NCBI GenBank assembly: GCA_036506195.1
Contig: DASXSD010000110.1
Location: 1 to 41,259 of the forward strand
DNA: 41,259 nt
Source of the DNA: Candidatus Dormiibacterota bacterium
GTDB taxonomy: Bacteria > Chloroflexota > Dormibacteria > Dormibacterales > Dormibacteraceae
Direction: 5' to 3'
The translations under genes were made by a program, and so were the position numbers. The notes beneath the pieces were generated by a model. The model did not search any database. It was not told where the DNA came from and saw only the letters and a list, made by a program, of their open reading frames with translations. Shown in pieces: positions 8,992-17,709 of this stretch (its first letter is position 1; the number at the start of each line of letters is the position of its first letter).

Positions 8992-11514
8992 TTAGGTTTC
9001 TACGACCGCCTCCGCCTGCGGCGCGGCCTCGACCACCACTGACTTCACGAGCGCCGCATACTCCTCGACCAACCTGTCGGCGTGCACGGGGTCCGTGGTC
9101 GACGCGATGACGTAGTACTCCGGTCGGTCGGCGTCCGGCGCCACCAGCACCCACCCATCGTCAACGAACACCTTCACCCCATCCGTCAGATCGACCCGAT
9201 CTCGCAGGTGCCGCTCCATCATCGTCCGCATCACCCGCCCCTTCACCTCCCAGGGGCAGAACTCGACCGCGGTGCGATGCGTGACAACAGGGATTCGGCT
9301 CCGCAAAGCGCCCAAAGACATCCCCGTCTTCGCCAGCATCTCCAGGACGCGCGCGATCGTGAAGATCGCGTCGAACGAGATCGCGAAGTCGGGCCAGCAG
9401 AAGCCCCCACCCCCATCCGACGCCAGCACCGCTTCCGCGTGCTGCGCCGCGCGCAAGACCGCGCCAGGCGTGAGCTTCGTCGGCACGAACCTGCCGTGCA
9501 ACTGGTCGGCGATCATCGAGAACGCCAGAGATGACGACGCCGGCCCCAGCACCATCCCCGACTTGCCCGTCAACGCAAGCTGCGTCAGCACCGCGAATGC
9601 CTGGTCGTGCGACAGCAGCGTTCCCGTCTCGTCGACGATGAAGCATCGCTCGCCAGGCGTGTCGATGAACACGCCCAGCTTCGCGTTCACCGCGGAGGTG
9701 ATCACCCCCATCTCCTGCAGGTGCGCCTGGAACGTCGCGTCGTCCTGCTCCACAACGACCTCGGCCGGCGCCGCGTTCAGTGGAATCACCGCGCAGTTCA
9801 GCTCGCGCAGCACTTGCGGCAGCACCATCGCCGCCGCACCGTTGTTGTAGTCGATGACAACCTTGAACGCGGCGCCGCGCACGACCTCGAGGTCGATCTT
9901 GGCCAGCATGTCCTCCATGTAGCGCTCGGTCTGCTGGTCGCGCCGCGTGATTCGCCCCATCTCGTAGTGAGACACGCGCCGGATGTCCTCGCGGAAGAAA
10001 AGTCCCTCGAGCTTGCGCTCGCTTCGCTTGTCGATGTCGAGACCGTGATCGTCGAAGATCCGGATGTCCGCGGAGCGCGGGTCGACCGGCGAGGTCTGGA
10101 CGTGGACCGCCGACACGTGATTCCGCCGCGACCAGTAACGAGAGACGGGAGCCGGCAGCACCGAAAGGTCGATGACGCCGCTGCCGGCGGAGATGATGCC
10201 GGACATCAGCGCGCGCCCGATCATCCGCGCGGACCGGGTGTAGTCGCGTGAGAACGCGATCTCCGTCCCCTTGGGTGTCAAGGCGCCGATCGCGGCGCCA
10301 AGCCGCGAAGCGAACTCAGGGGTGATCTCGATGTTGATCAACCCGTTCAGGCCGTACGAGGAAAACAGGCCGCGCTTCCACGAGCCCGCCCAGATGATGG
10401 ATTCGTGCACGACCGCACCCGGCTCCACCTCCTTGTTCGGCCAGATGCGTACGTTGGCGTTGACAGTCGAGCCCGCGCCGATCGTCACACCGCTGCCGAT
10501 GACAGTGCCCTCCTCGAGCAAGCACCCGTTCTTCACCGTCACTGAGCGGCATACGACCGACCCACGCAGGCGGGAGTTCGAGCCCACGTAGCAGTGGTCC
10601 CAGACGATCGAGTTCGAGATCTTGACTCCCGAGTCGATCGTCGTATACGCGCCGATCACCGTCGGCCCATTCACCCATGCGCCGCCCCGCACCTTCGCGC
10701 CCGCGCCGATCAGCGCCGGGCCGTCGATCCGCGCACCGGGGAATACCTCCGCGTCCGGATGGATCCACGTCGCGTCGCCGACGCGATCGCCCGGCAGCTG
10801 GACCTTGACTCTGCCTTCGAGGCAGTCGAAATTCGCCTTCATGTAGGCGGTGTGGCTGCCCACGTCCTCCCAGTAACCGTCGGCGATCCATCCGAAGACG
10901 TGCTCGCCCTCCTTCAGCAGCTTGGGAAAGACGTCACCCGACCAGTCGGTGACCTCATTCGGTCGGAAGAAGTCGAAGACGGCAGGGTCGAGGATGTAGA
11001 TGCCCGTGTTCGCGAGGTCCGAGATGACCTCGCCCCAGCTCGGCTTCTCGATGAAGCGCTGCACGGCACCGCCCTCGTCGACGACGACAACGCCGTACTC
11101 CAGCGGATTGGGCACAGGCTTCAAGACGATGGTCGCGATCGCTTTGCGCTCGCGGTGGAAGCGGGCCGCGGCGCCGAGATCGATGTCCGTCAGAGAGTCG
11201 CCCGAGATGACGACGAACGTTTCGTTGAGCTGCTGGCGCGCGAGCATCACCGATCCCGCGGTGCCCAGCGGCGAGTCCTCGACCGAGTAGGTCAGCGCGA
11301 CACCCTGCTCGGAGCCGTCGCCGAAGTAGTTGCGGATCGACGCGCCCATGTACTGCACCGTCGCTACCACGTCGCGCAGCTGATGGCGGCGCAGGTGAAG
11401 AAGGATGTGGTCCATGATCGGCCGGCCCGCCACCGGCACCAGTGGCTTGGGCAAACTGCTCGTCAAGGGCCGCAGCCGAGAGCCCTCACCGCCTGCCATG
11501 ACGACCGCCTTCAT
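8992..11514 (-). CDS. Bifunctional sugar-1-phosphate nucleotidyltransferase / phosphohexomutase (ManC/GlmU-like N-terminus, LbH middle, PGM/PMM C-terminus)
   Basis: N-terminal MAGGEGSRLRPLTSSLPKPLVPV nucleotidyltransferase motif, hexapeptide-repeat middle region, and a C-terminal alpha-D-phosphohexomutase-like half. 840 aa. An SD (GAGGAAGGA) precedes the ATG at 11514. Confidence 0.85.
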   Translation of the reverse strand: MKAVVMAGGEGSRLRPLTSSLPKPLVPVAGRPIMDHILLHLRRHQLRDVVATVQYMGASIRNYFGDGSEQGVALTYSVEDSPLGTAGSVMLARQQLNETFVVISGDSLTDIDLGAAARFHRERKAIATIVLKPVPNPLEYGVVVVDEGGAVQRFIEKPSWGEVISDLANTGIYILDPAVFDFFRPNEVTDWSGDVFPKLLKEGEHVFGWIADGYWEDVGSHTAYMKANFDCLEGRVKVQLPGDRVGDATWIHPDAEVFPGARIDGPALIGAGAKVRGGAWVNGPTVIGAYTTIDSGVKISNSIVWDHCYVGSNSRLRGSVVCRSVTVKNGCLLEEGTVIGSGVTIGAGSTVNANVRIWPNKEVEPGAVVHESIIWAGSWKRGLFSSYGLNGLINIEITPEFASRLGAAIGALTPKGTEIAFSRDYTRSARMIGRALMSGIISAGSGVIDLSVLPAPVSRYWSRRNHVSAVHVQTSPVDPRSADIRIFDDHGLDIDKRSERKLEGLFFREDIRRVSHYEMGRITRRDQQTERYMEDMLAKIDLEVVRGAAFKVVIDYNNGAAAMVLPQVLRELNCAVIPLNAAPAEVVVEQDDATFQAHLQEMGVITSAVNAKLGVFIDTPGERCFIVDETGTLLSHDQAFAVLTQLALTGKSGMVLGPASSSLAFSMIADQLHGRFVPTKLTPGAVLRAAQHAEAVLASDGGGGFCWPDFAISFDAIFTIARVLEMLAKTGMSLGALRSRIPVVTHRTAVEFCPWEVKGRVMRTMMERHLRDRVDLTDGVKVFVDDGWVLVAPDADRPEYYVIASTTDPVHADRLVEEYAALVKSVVVEAAPQAEAVVET

Positions 11515-11542
11515 CCCATCCTTCCTCTCTAACTAGGATCTT

Positions 11543-13606
11543 ATGCGCGTGTTGGACGAACTAAATCAATTCGCTTACGACCTGCTGTGGACCTGGCAGC
11601 CGCGAATCGAGGCTCTGTTTCGCGCGCTCGACCCCGAGCTATGGAAATCGACCCGCGAAAATCCGGTGCTGCTCATCCAGCAGCTCGGCGAGGAAGGAGT
11701 CCAGAAGGCCTGCGAGCGAGAAGAGGTGCGCCAGGCCTTCGACAGCGCCCGGGCGGCTTACCGCGAGTACTACGACCGCAATCCGAGGTTCATGGACGCG
11801 CAGGCGCCGCTGGCCATCGCGTATTTCTCGCTCGAGTTCGGGCTCTCGGAGTGCTTGCCGATCTACTCGGGCGGCCTTGGGGTCCTGGCGGGCGACCACT
11901 TGAAGGCGACCAGCGACCTCGGGCTTCCCCTGGTCGCGGTCGGACTTCTCTACAAGCAGGGTTTCGGCAGGCAGGAGATCGACGCAAGCGGCCGCCAGGT
12001 CGAGGTCTACTTCGAGAACCGAGGCTCGGACCTGCCCGTGCGCAAGCTCGACGGAGTCGAGGTTGAGGCACCGATAGGCGCGCGCAACGTGCGCATTGCC
12101 GTCTGGCGCGCTCAGGTTGGACGGGTGCCCCTTTTCCTCCTCGACACCGACCTCGAGGCGAACCCCAACGACCTGCGCACCATCACCGACCGCCTCTACG
12201 TGCCGGAACCGGACCGACGACTGCGTCAGGAGATCGTGCTTGGGATCGGCGGTGTCCGGATGCTGCGCGCGCTGGGCCTCGACTCCGGCGTGTTCCACCT
12301 CAACGAGGGACACAGCTTCCTGTGTGCGATCGAGCGCATCCGCGAGCTTCGCGCCTCGCGCCAGATGACACTCGAGGAGGCGCGCCTTGTCGCACGCGCG
12401 GGCATCGTCTTCACGACACACACGCCGATCGCGGCGGGCAGCGACTACTTCGACGCCGGCCTGGTGTGGGATCTGCTCGGGCCGTATCTCACGCAGGTCG
12501 GCATCTCATTCGACCGCTTCATGGACCTCGGCCGCCAGCGGCCCGGTGACCCTCGCGAGCGGTTGTGCACGACGTACGCCGCGCTGCGGCTGGCCGACCA
12601 GTCTGTCGGTGTCAGCCGGCTCCACGGCGCTGTCTCGCGCCGGCTCTGGAAGGACGCGTGGAAAGGACTTCCGGACAGCCAGGTCCCGATCGGATCGGTG
12701 ACCAACGGCGTCCACATGCCGACGTGGGTCGCCCAGGACATCGCGGGCCTGCTCAGCCGGTACGTGGGCCCGGACTGGTGGGACCTGGATCCTGCCGACG
12801 GACGGTGGCATGCGGTCTACGAGATTCCCGCGGCCGAGCTGTGGGCGATCCATGGGGAGCTCAAACGGCGCCTGCTGGAGCTCGTCAAGGAGCGCACCGA
12901 GACTCCGCACGAGATCGACGTGAACGCGCTGACCATTGGGTTCGGCCGGCGATTCGCCCCCTACAAGCGCGCCAACCTTCTGCTCAGAGACCGCCCGCGG
13001 CTGACCAAGCTGCTTCGCAACTCGAGGCGGCCGGTGCAGATCCTGTTCGCGGGCAAGTCGCATCCCGCGGACCAGGCGGGCAAGGACATCGTCGCGGGCA
13101 TCGTCGCGCTGGCGCGCGAGGAGCCTCGCGTCATCTTTCTGAAGGACTACGACATCGCGCTGGCGCGCCACCTCGTCCAGGGTGCAGACGTGTGGTTGAA
13201 CAACCCGCGCCGCTTTCTGGAGGCGAGCGGCACGAGCGGGATGAAGGCCGGCGCGAACGGCGCCATCAACGTCAGTGTCCTCGACGGATGGTGGGACGAG
13301 GCGTACCGGCCGGAGTTCGGATGGGCGATCCCGTCGGGGGCCACCCTCGACCGGCAGGACATCGACGACGTCGCCGAGGCGGAGGGTCTGTACCGGCTGC
13401 TCGAGCGAGAGGTCGTGCCGCTCTATTACACGCGCGATGAGTCAGGCATCCCGCGACGCTGGGTCGAGATGATGAAAGCCTCGATGCGAAACGTCGTCAC
13501 ACAGTTCGCGGCGCGACGGATGGTGATCGACTACTTCAACAGCGCGTACGGGCCCGGCGCGCGCCGGGTCGAACAGCTTCGACTACTACCCGACTGGGGC
13601 GGCTAA
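11543..13606 (+). CDS. glgP: Alpha-glucan (glycogen/maltodextrin) phosphorylase, GT35, short bacterial type
   Basis: FSLEFGLSECLPIYSGGLGVLAGDHLKATSDLGLPLVAVGLLYKQGF and the PLP-lysine region EASGTSGMKAGANGA are diagnostic of alpha-glucan phosphorylases. Confidence 0.9.
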   Translation: MRVLDELNQFAYDLLWTWQPRIEALFRALDPELWKSTRENPVLLIQQLGEEGVQKACEREEVRQAFDSARAAYREYYDRNPRFMDAQAPLAIAYFSLEFGLSECLPIYSGGLGVLAGDHLKATSDLGLPLVAVGLLYKQGFGRQEIDASGRQVEVYFENRGSDLPVRKLDGVEVEAPIGARNVRIAVWRAQVGRVPLFLLDTDLEANPNDLRTITDRLYVPEPDRRLRQEIVLGIGGVRMLRALGLDSGVFHLNEGHSFLCAIERIRELRASRQMTLEEARLVARAGIVFTTHTPIAAGSDYFDAGLVWDLLGPYLTQVGISFDRFMDLGRQRPGDPRERLCTTYAALRLADQSVGVSRLHGAVSRRLWKDAWKGLPDSQVPIGSVTNGVHMPTWVAQDIAGLLSRYVGPDWWDLDPADGRWHAVYEIPAAELWAIHGELKRRLLELVKERTETPHEIDVNALTIGFGRRFAPYKRANLLLRDRPRLTKLLRNSRRPVQILFAGKSHPADQAGKDIVAGIVALAREEPRVIFLKDYDIALARHLVQGADVWLNNPRRFLEASGTSGMKAGANGAINVSVLDGWWDEAYRPEFGWAIPSGATLDRQDIDDVAEAEGLYRLLEREVVPLYYTRDESGIPRRWVEMMKASMRNVVTQFAARRMVIDYFNSAYGPGARRVEQLRLLPDWGG
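13583..13606 (+). repeat. 24-nt direct repeat, outer copy (last 7 codons plus stop of glgP)
   Basis: CTACTACCCGACTGGGGCGGCTAA recurs as CTACTGGCCGACTGGGGCGGCTGA at 13787..13810, matching at 21 of 24 positions. Confidence 0.85.
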
Positions 13607-13786
13607 ACCTATGAGAGGAAACCCGGATGGTTTCCTCTCATCGGCCGGGCGCTGGGCGCCGGGCCTGCTCTCCTCCCGGTATAAGGTTCGGTCTTGACCA
13701 AGTAGCCTTCCACCGTCAACGTCTGGCGACCGAAAGGCATAGTTGCGGCCGACGAGACGTCGGCCGCCAAAGCACGGCCTGGGAGC
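13607..13786 (+). repeat. ~180-nt structured non-coding element, copy E1 (candidate ncRNA or miniature mobile element)
   Basis: Alignable over its full length to the reverse complement of 17488..17666. It contains a perfect 13-bp hairpin (13611..13641: ATGAGAGGAAACC-CGGAT-GGTTTCCTCTCAT), a GC-rich middle hairpin, and a 10-bp hairpin GCGGCCGACG-AGA-CGTCGGCCGC. No conserved reading frame is shared with E2. Confidence 0.7.
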
Positions 13787-13810
13787 CTACTGGCCGACTG
13801 GGGCGGCTGA
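13787..13810 (+). repeat. 24-nt direct repeat, inner copy (its antisense encodes the last codons plus stop of GH57-GlgA)
   Basis: See 13583..13606. Read on the minus strand it gives ...SAAPVGQ-stop. Confidence 0.85.
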
Positions 13811-16800
13811 CGGTTTCTGTCCCGGCTCCGGCGCCTCGACGGGTCCCCGACGCTCGCGGTGGGCTCCGATCGCCGCCCTGTACAACTGCACGTACTTCAA
13901 GGCCGACCGCGACCAGGACACGTCCTCCTGCATGTCGTGCTGCACCAGCCACGCCCATACGTTGGGGTGACGGAACGTCTCGGCGGCCCTGACCACCGCA
14001 GCGAAAAACTGCCAGGGGTCGTACGGCCCAAACCGAAACCCGTTCCCCTTCTGCCCCACCGGGTCGTAGTCGCGGATCGTGTCCGCCAGGCCGCCTGTCG
14101 CACGAACAACGGGGATCGTTCCGTAGCGCAGCGCGATCAGCTGCGCGAGCCCGCCGGGCTCGAACCGCGATGGCATCCACAGCATGTCCGCCCCCGCGTA
14201 GATCCGCTGAGCCAGCGCCGCATCGAAACCAATCGCGACCGCTACCTGCCGCGGCAGCTCCGACGCCCAGCGCCGGAACATGTCCTCGTAGCGCCGGTCG
14301 CCGGTGCCGATGACCACGACCTGGAGTCCCAGCTGCAGGAGCTCGGGCATCGCCTGCTCGATCAGGTCGAAACCTTTCACGTCGTAGAACCGCGACACGA
14401 TTGCGCACAGCGGCTTGTTGGAGTCCTCGAGGCCGAGCTCGACCCGCAAAGCGGCGCGACACAAGGCCTTCGCCTGCGGCGCGTCGGCGGAGTAGTGATG
14501 CGGGATGTTGGGGTCGCGCGCGGGATCGAAGATCTCGTAGTCGATGCCGTTCAGGATCCCGTGCAGCTTGTGCGTGTTTTGCCGTAGCAGCTCGTCCAGG
14601 CCCTCCCCGTACTCCGGCGTCTGGATCTCCGACGCATACCGCTCGCTGACGGTGTTGATCACGTCGGCGAAGTGAATCCCGCGGCCGAGCACGTTGACCA
14701 CGTTGTCGAGGCCGGGGATGCCGAGCCGGATCAGTCCCCACTCCTGCAGACCGGCGAGCATCAGCGCTCCGAACCCGAAGACGCCCTGCGCGGAGAGGTT
14801 GTGGATCGTCAGCGTGGACGCGATGTCCGCGTACGCCTCTCCCTCGTAGACCTGCTCGAGCAGGTTCGGGATCAGTGCGCCGTACCAGTCATGGATGTGC
14901 ATCACGTCGGGGAAGAACTCCAGCGCGGGCAGCATCTCGAGCACGGCGCGGCAGAAATACACCGAGCGTGCATCGTCATCGCCAAAGCCGAACATGCCGT
15001 CGCGGTCGTACAGCTGCGGGCAGTCGACGAAGTAGACAGGGATCTCGCCGAGGCGGCCCTCGAAGATCGTGGCCGGCATCTTCTCCGCTCCGAGGGGGAC
15101 CGCCAGGTGGGTGACCACGGGATGCAGCTCGTAGCGTCCGATGTCGACCTGGCGGTACCTGGGGAGCACGACGCGCACGTCATGCCCCAGGTGCCGGAGC
15201 TCCTTGGAAAGCGCTGCCGCCACGTCGGAGACGCCTCCGAGCTTCGCGAATGGCGCCAGCTCGGCCGTGGCGACGAGAACCTTGAGAGGTGGCGCGTGCT
15301 CGACGTCGATCGCAGGTGCCTGCCCAGGGACGCGGAGGCCGAGCGCACCCGACGGTGGCACCACCTCGATGTCCTTCCCTTCCCTGCTGACGACCAGAGC
15401 AACCTCGAACGCGTCGCCGGGGTGTTTCCCCAGCTCACGGAATGGAATCGCGACCGCGAACGGATCGTCGACGTCCCATCGGCTTTCGGCGATGGCTCTG
15501 GACTGCGACTCGATGACACGGGCGACGGATACCGTCCCGCCCTGAGCGCGTGGCGTGATGCGAACCACATAAGCGGGCTCGAAGCCGAGCTCCGCCAGCG
15601 CGCTCTGAGGCAGCGGCAGATCGACGTCACCGTCGCCGTCGGTGGCGGGCGGTCCCCCGCAGTAGAGCCAGAACTCCATGTTCTGCGCCTCGAGGTCGGA
15701 CCCGGGCCGTGGTGAGTCGATGCGGAAGTAGACGTTCTGTTCGTCGTTGCCGTAGAAGACTCGCTCGACCACCCCGGCAGGTCGGTGCAGGGCGCCAAAC
15801 CCCGACCCCACGAGGTAGTAGCCGGCCTGTGCCCACGCCGGGTCGTGCCGTGACTGCGGACTGATCGAGGCCGCGGGAACCCCGCGCTCGGGCGTCGGTG
15901 CGCGTTTGATGATCGGCTGGTACAGACGGGCAGGCGCGCGAGCGCCCATCAGCTTGTAGACGTTGCGCAGATGCAGCCGGAACTGGTTGTCCCAGATGGG
16001 ATCCATGCCTGAGTCGTGCTTGCGACTGAACCACCAAAACCAGTCGCTGCCCTCGGTGATGAGGATCTCCCGCCATGCAAGCGCCGCCTGCTGCGAATCC
16101 TTGGGGCGCTGCTGCAACTGGGAGTCGAGCCAGTCGCGCGTCTCGGCGAGCAGGTCCCAGGCGACGTTGTGCTCCGGGTCGCCGATCCAGGTGTCGAGGC
16201 TCGCCCCGATCCAGCTTCCGGTGTGCAGGTGGTGGAGCTGCTGCTGCGGCGGGTGCTCGGCGAGAAAGTCCGAAACCGTCGTGGTCACCATGTCCGAGCT
16301 CGCTTCGAGCTCGGTGTAGACGGCGTTGAGGAAGTCGTGGCCATCGCGCGGATAGAACTCCCATGCGTTCTCGCCGTCGAGCGCGATCACGACCAGGAAA
16401 TCGCCATCGCCCTGCGCGTCACCGATGCGGCGCAGCCTTCCCATCAGGTCGCGGGCGGCGTCAACAGAAGACAGCCGCTGGTAGTCGAAGCCGATCACGT
16501 TCGAGAGCTGTGAGTCCCGGAAGACCATCGCCACCGAGCTGCCCTCACGTGCTATCCGCTTGGGCTGGTAGAGATGCTCGTCGCGATTGAAGTGGCCCTC
16601 CAGGGAGCGGGCCAGGACCTCCTCGTCGCTGATCATCCAGTCGAGCTTTGCCTTCTCGGCCAGTCCGATCACGGCCTCGCCGACCGCCATCTCCGACGGC
16701 CACATGCCCTTCGGCCGCCGGCCAAGCATCCGCTCGAACAGCCCCATGCCGAGCTCGATCTGGCGCTCGGCGTCCTCGCGGTGTGAGAAGTGGCGTTCGG

Positions 16801-17482
16801 GCAGCTGAATCTGGGGGTTGGCGCTGCGCGCGGAGTCGACGTGGCAGATCAGCGGAAGGATCGGATGGTAGTAGGGCGAGAAGGTGAGCTCGGCCTGCCC
16901 CCGGTCGGCAACCTCCCGATATTTGGGGATGACGCTGCGTATGCGTTCGAGCTGCGCGGCGAACAGGATCGACTTGTCCTCTTCGCTGAAATCGCGGTCC
17001 TTGCGCTTCAGCTCAGCCAGCCGTGGGTCGGATTCGACCCACACCGGGTCGCACCACGCGAGGTTGAACCACACCTGCACGTCGCGCATGTCCTCGTTGG
17101 TGAACTGCGCGTCCGCGGCGCGCGAGGCAAGCTCCAGATAGCGCGACGACTGCTGGACCCGGAGCGCCCGCGGCGACTCTCGCATCCAGCGCAGCACGAA
17201 CTCCCGCTCTTCCGCCGAGAGGTCGCCGGCCGCCCGCTTGCTCAAGTTCAGGAAGAGATCGACCGACTCCTCCTTGCCGTAGTCCTCGATCTGAGCGAGC
17301 AGCGAAGGCACGAGGTTGAAGGTGGCCCGGATCTTCGGGTAGCCGTCGAGCAGGGCGGGCATCTTGTAGTAGTCCTTGGCCGACCGCAGACGGACCCAGG
17401 GCAGCAGGTACGTGCTGGTGAGATCGTCCTTGTAGTAGGGCTGATGCATGTGCCAGATGAAGGCGATCTGCAGAGGTTTCAT
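13787..17482 (-). CDS. glgA: Fusion protein: N-terminal GH57 alpha-glucan-active domain plus C-terminal GT5 glycogen/starch synthase (GlgA)
   Basis: The N-terminus MKPLQIAFIWHMHQPYY, GMWPSEMAV and IALDGENAWE are GH57 signature regions. From about residue 745, KVLVATAELAPFAKLGGVSDVAAALSKELRHLGHDVRVVLPRY and the rest match GlgA. It is one uninterrupted 1231-codon frame. Confidence 0.85.
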   Translation of the reverse strand: MKPLQIAFIWHMHQPYYKDDLTSTYLLPWVRLRSAKDYYKMPALLDGYPKIRATFNLVPSLLAQIEDYGKEESVDLFLNLSKRAAGDLSAEEREFVLRWMRESPRALRVQQSSRYLELASRAADAQFTNEDMRDVQVWFNLAWCDPVWVESDPRLAELKRKDRDFSEEDKSILFAAQLERIRSVIPKYREVADRGQAELTFSPYYHPILPLICHVDSARSANPQIQLPERHFSHREDAERQIELGMGLFERMLGRRPKGMWPSEMAVGEAVIGLAEKAKLDWMISDEEVLARSLEGHFNRDEHLYQPKRIAREGSSVAMVFRDSQLSNVIGFDYQRLSSVDAARDLMGRLRRIGDAQGDGDFLVVIALDGENAWEFYPRDGHDFLNAVYTELEASSDMVTTTVSDFLAEHPPQQQLHHLHTGSWIGASLDTWIGDPEHNVAWDLLAETRDWLDSQLQQRPKDSQQAALAWREILITEGSDWFWWFSRKHDSGMDPIWDNQFRLHLRNVYKLMGARAPARLYQPIIKRAPTPERGVPAASISPQSRHDPAWAQAGYYLVGSGFGALHRPAGVVERVFYGNDEQNVYFRIDSPRPGSDLEAQNMEFWLYCGGPPATDGDGDVDLPLPQSALAELGFEPAYVVRITPRAQGGTVSVARVIESQSRAIAESRWDVDDPFAVAIPFRELGKHPGDAFEVALVVSREGKDIEVVPPSGALGLRVPGQAPAIDVEHAPPLKVLVATAELAPFAKLGGVSDVAAALSKELRHLGHDVRVVLPRYRQVDIGRYELHPVVTHLAVPLGAEKMPATIFEGRLGEIPVYFVDCPQLYDRDGMFGFGDDDARSVYFCRAVLEMLPALEFFPDVMHIHDWYGALIPNLLEQVYEGEAYADIASTLTIHNLSAQGVFGFGALMLAGLQEWGLIRLGIPGLDNVVNVLGRGIHFADVINTVSERYASEIQTPEYGEGLDELLRQNTHKLHGILNGIDYEIFDPARDPNIPHHYSADAPQAKALCRAALRVELGLEDSNKPLCAIVSRFYDVKGFDLIEQAMPELLQLGLQVVVIGTGDRRYEDMFRRWASELPRQVAVAIGFDAALAQRIYAGADMLWMPSRFEPGGLAQLIALRYGTIPVVRATGGLADTIRDYDPVGQKGNGFRFGPYDPWQFFAAVVRAAETFRHPNVWAWLVQHDMQEDVSWSRSALKYVQLYRAAIGAHRERRGPVEAPEPGQKPSAAPVGQ

Positions 17483-17487
17483 GTGGC
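17440..17487 (-). repeat. 48-nt direct repeat, gene-proximal copy (5 nt upstream plus first 43 nt of GH57-glgA)
   Basis: The sense strand reads GCCACATGAAACCTCTGCAGATCGCCTTCATCTGGCACATGCATCAGC. It is identical to 17667..17714 except for one synonymous position (17471 C versus 17698 A on the plus strand). Confidence 0.9.
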
Positions 17488-17709
17488 GAAGCTGATCTCG
17501 TGGCTATGGCGGCCGAGTTCACCTCGGCCGCAACCCGCATCCCAATTGCGTCGCCCAGCGCCGCATGGGGACACTAATTCGTTAATCCCAACCCCGGGAA
17601 GGTGAGCAGGGCCGCGAGCCGGGCGAGCGGCCCGATGAGCGGAAACCGGAGGTTTCCGCTCATTTAGCTGATGCATGTGCCAGATGAAGGCGATCTGAAG
17701 AGGTTTCAT
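17479..17709 (-). CDS. 76-codon relay/leader ORF created by the duplicated GH57 start and read through element E2
   Basis: It starts at the duplicated ATG (17709), 5 nt after the stop of the upstream glycosyltransferase gene. It has no in-frame stop across E2, and its TGA overlaps the ATG of GH57-glgA as ATGA (17479..17482). Beyond the first 14 codons the sequence is arginine/glycine-rich and not protein-like. Confidence 0.3.
   Translation of the reverse strand: MKPLQIAFIWHMHQLNERKPPVSAHRAARPARGPAHLPGVGINELVSPCGAGRRNWDAGCGRGELGRHSHEISFAT
17488..17666 (-). repeat. ~180-nt structured non-coding element, copy E2 (inverted relative to E1)
   Basis: The reverse complement aligns with E1 block by block: ATGAG.GGAAACC / GGTTTCC.CTCATCGG, CTGCTC.CCT.CCCGG, CTGG.CGAC, GTTGCGGCCGA....TCGGCCGCCA.AGC.AC. 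Its hairpins are 17635..17663 (13 bp) and GCGGCCGAG-GTGAA-CTCGGCCGC. Confidence 0.7.

Noticed and set aside
8786-9154. 122-aa minus-strand ORF spanning the tRNA region.
   Set aside because: It runs straight through tRNA-Gly (8899..8974) and into the end of the 840-aa gene. Its composition is G/R-rich and it has no homology.
13611-13700. Short peptides encoded from the ATGAG at the start of E1 (28 aa) and of E2 (29 aa).
   Set aside because: A 2-nt length difference in the first hairpin loop puts the two copies in different frames after codon 5, so the nucleotide conservation is not explained by a shared peptide.
17590-17640. SRP (4.5S) RNA-like motif CCGGGAAGGUGAGCAGGGCC inside element E2.
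   Set aside because: It only partly resembles the GGAAGCAGC domain-IV signature. The complementary 5' strand (GUCAGGUCC-like) is absent, the element occurs twice, and the E1 copy does not conserve the motif.
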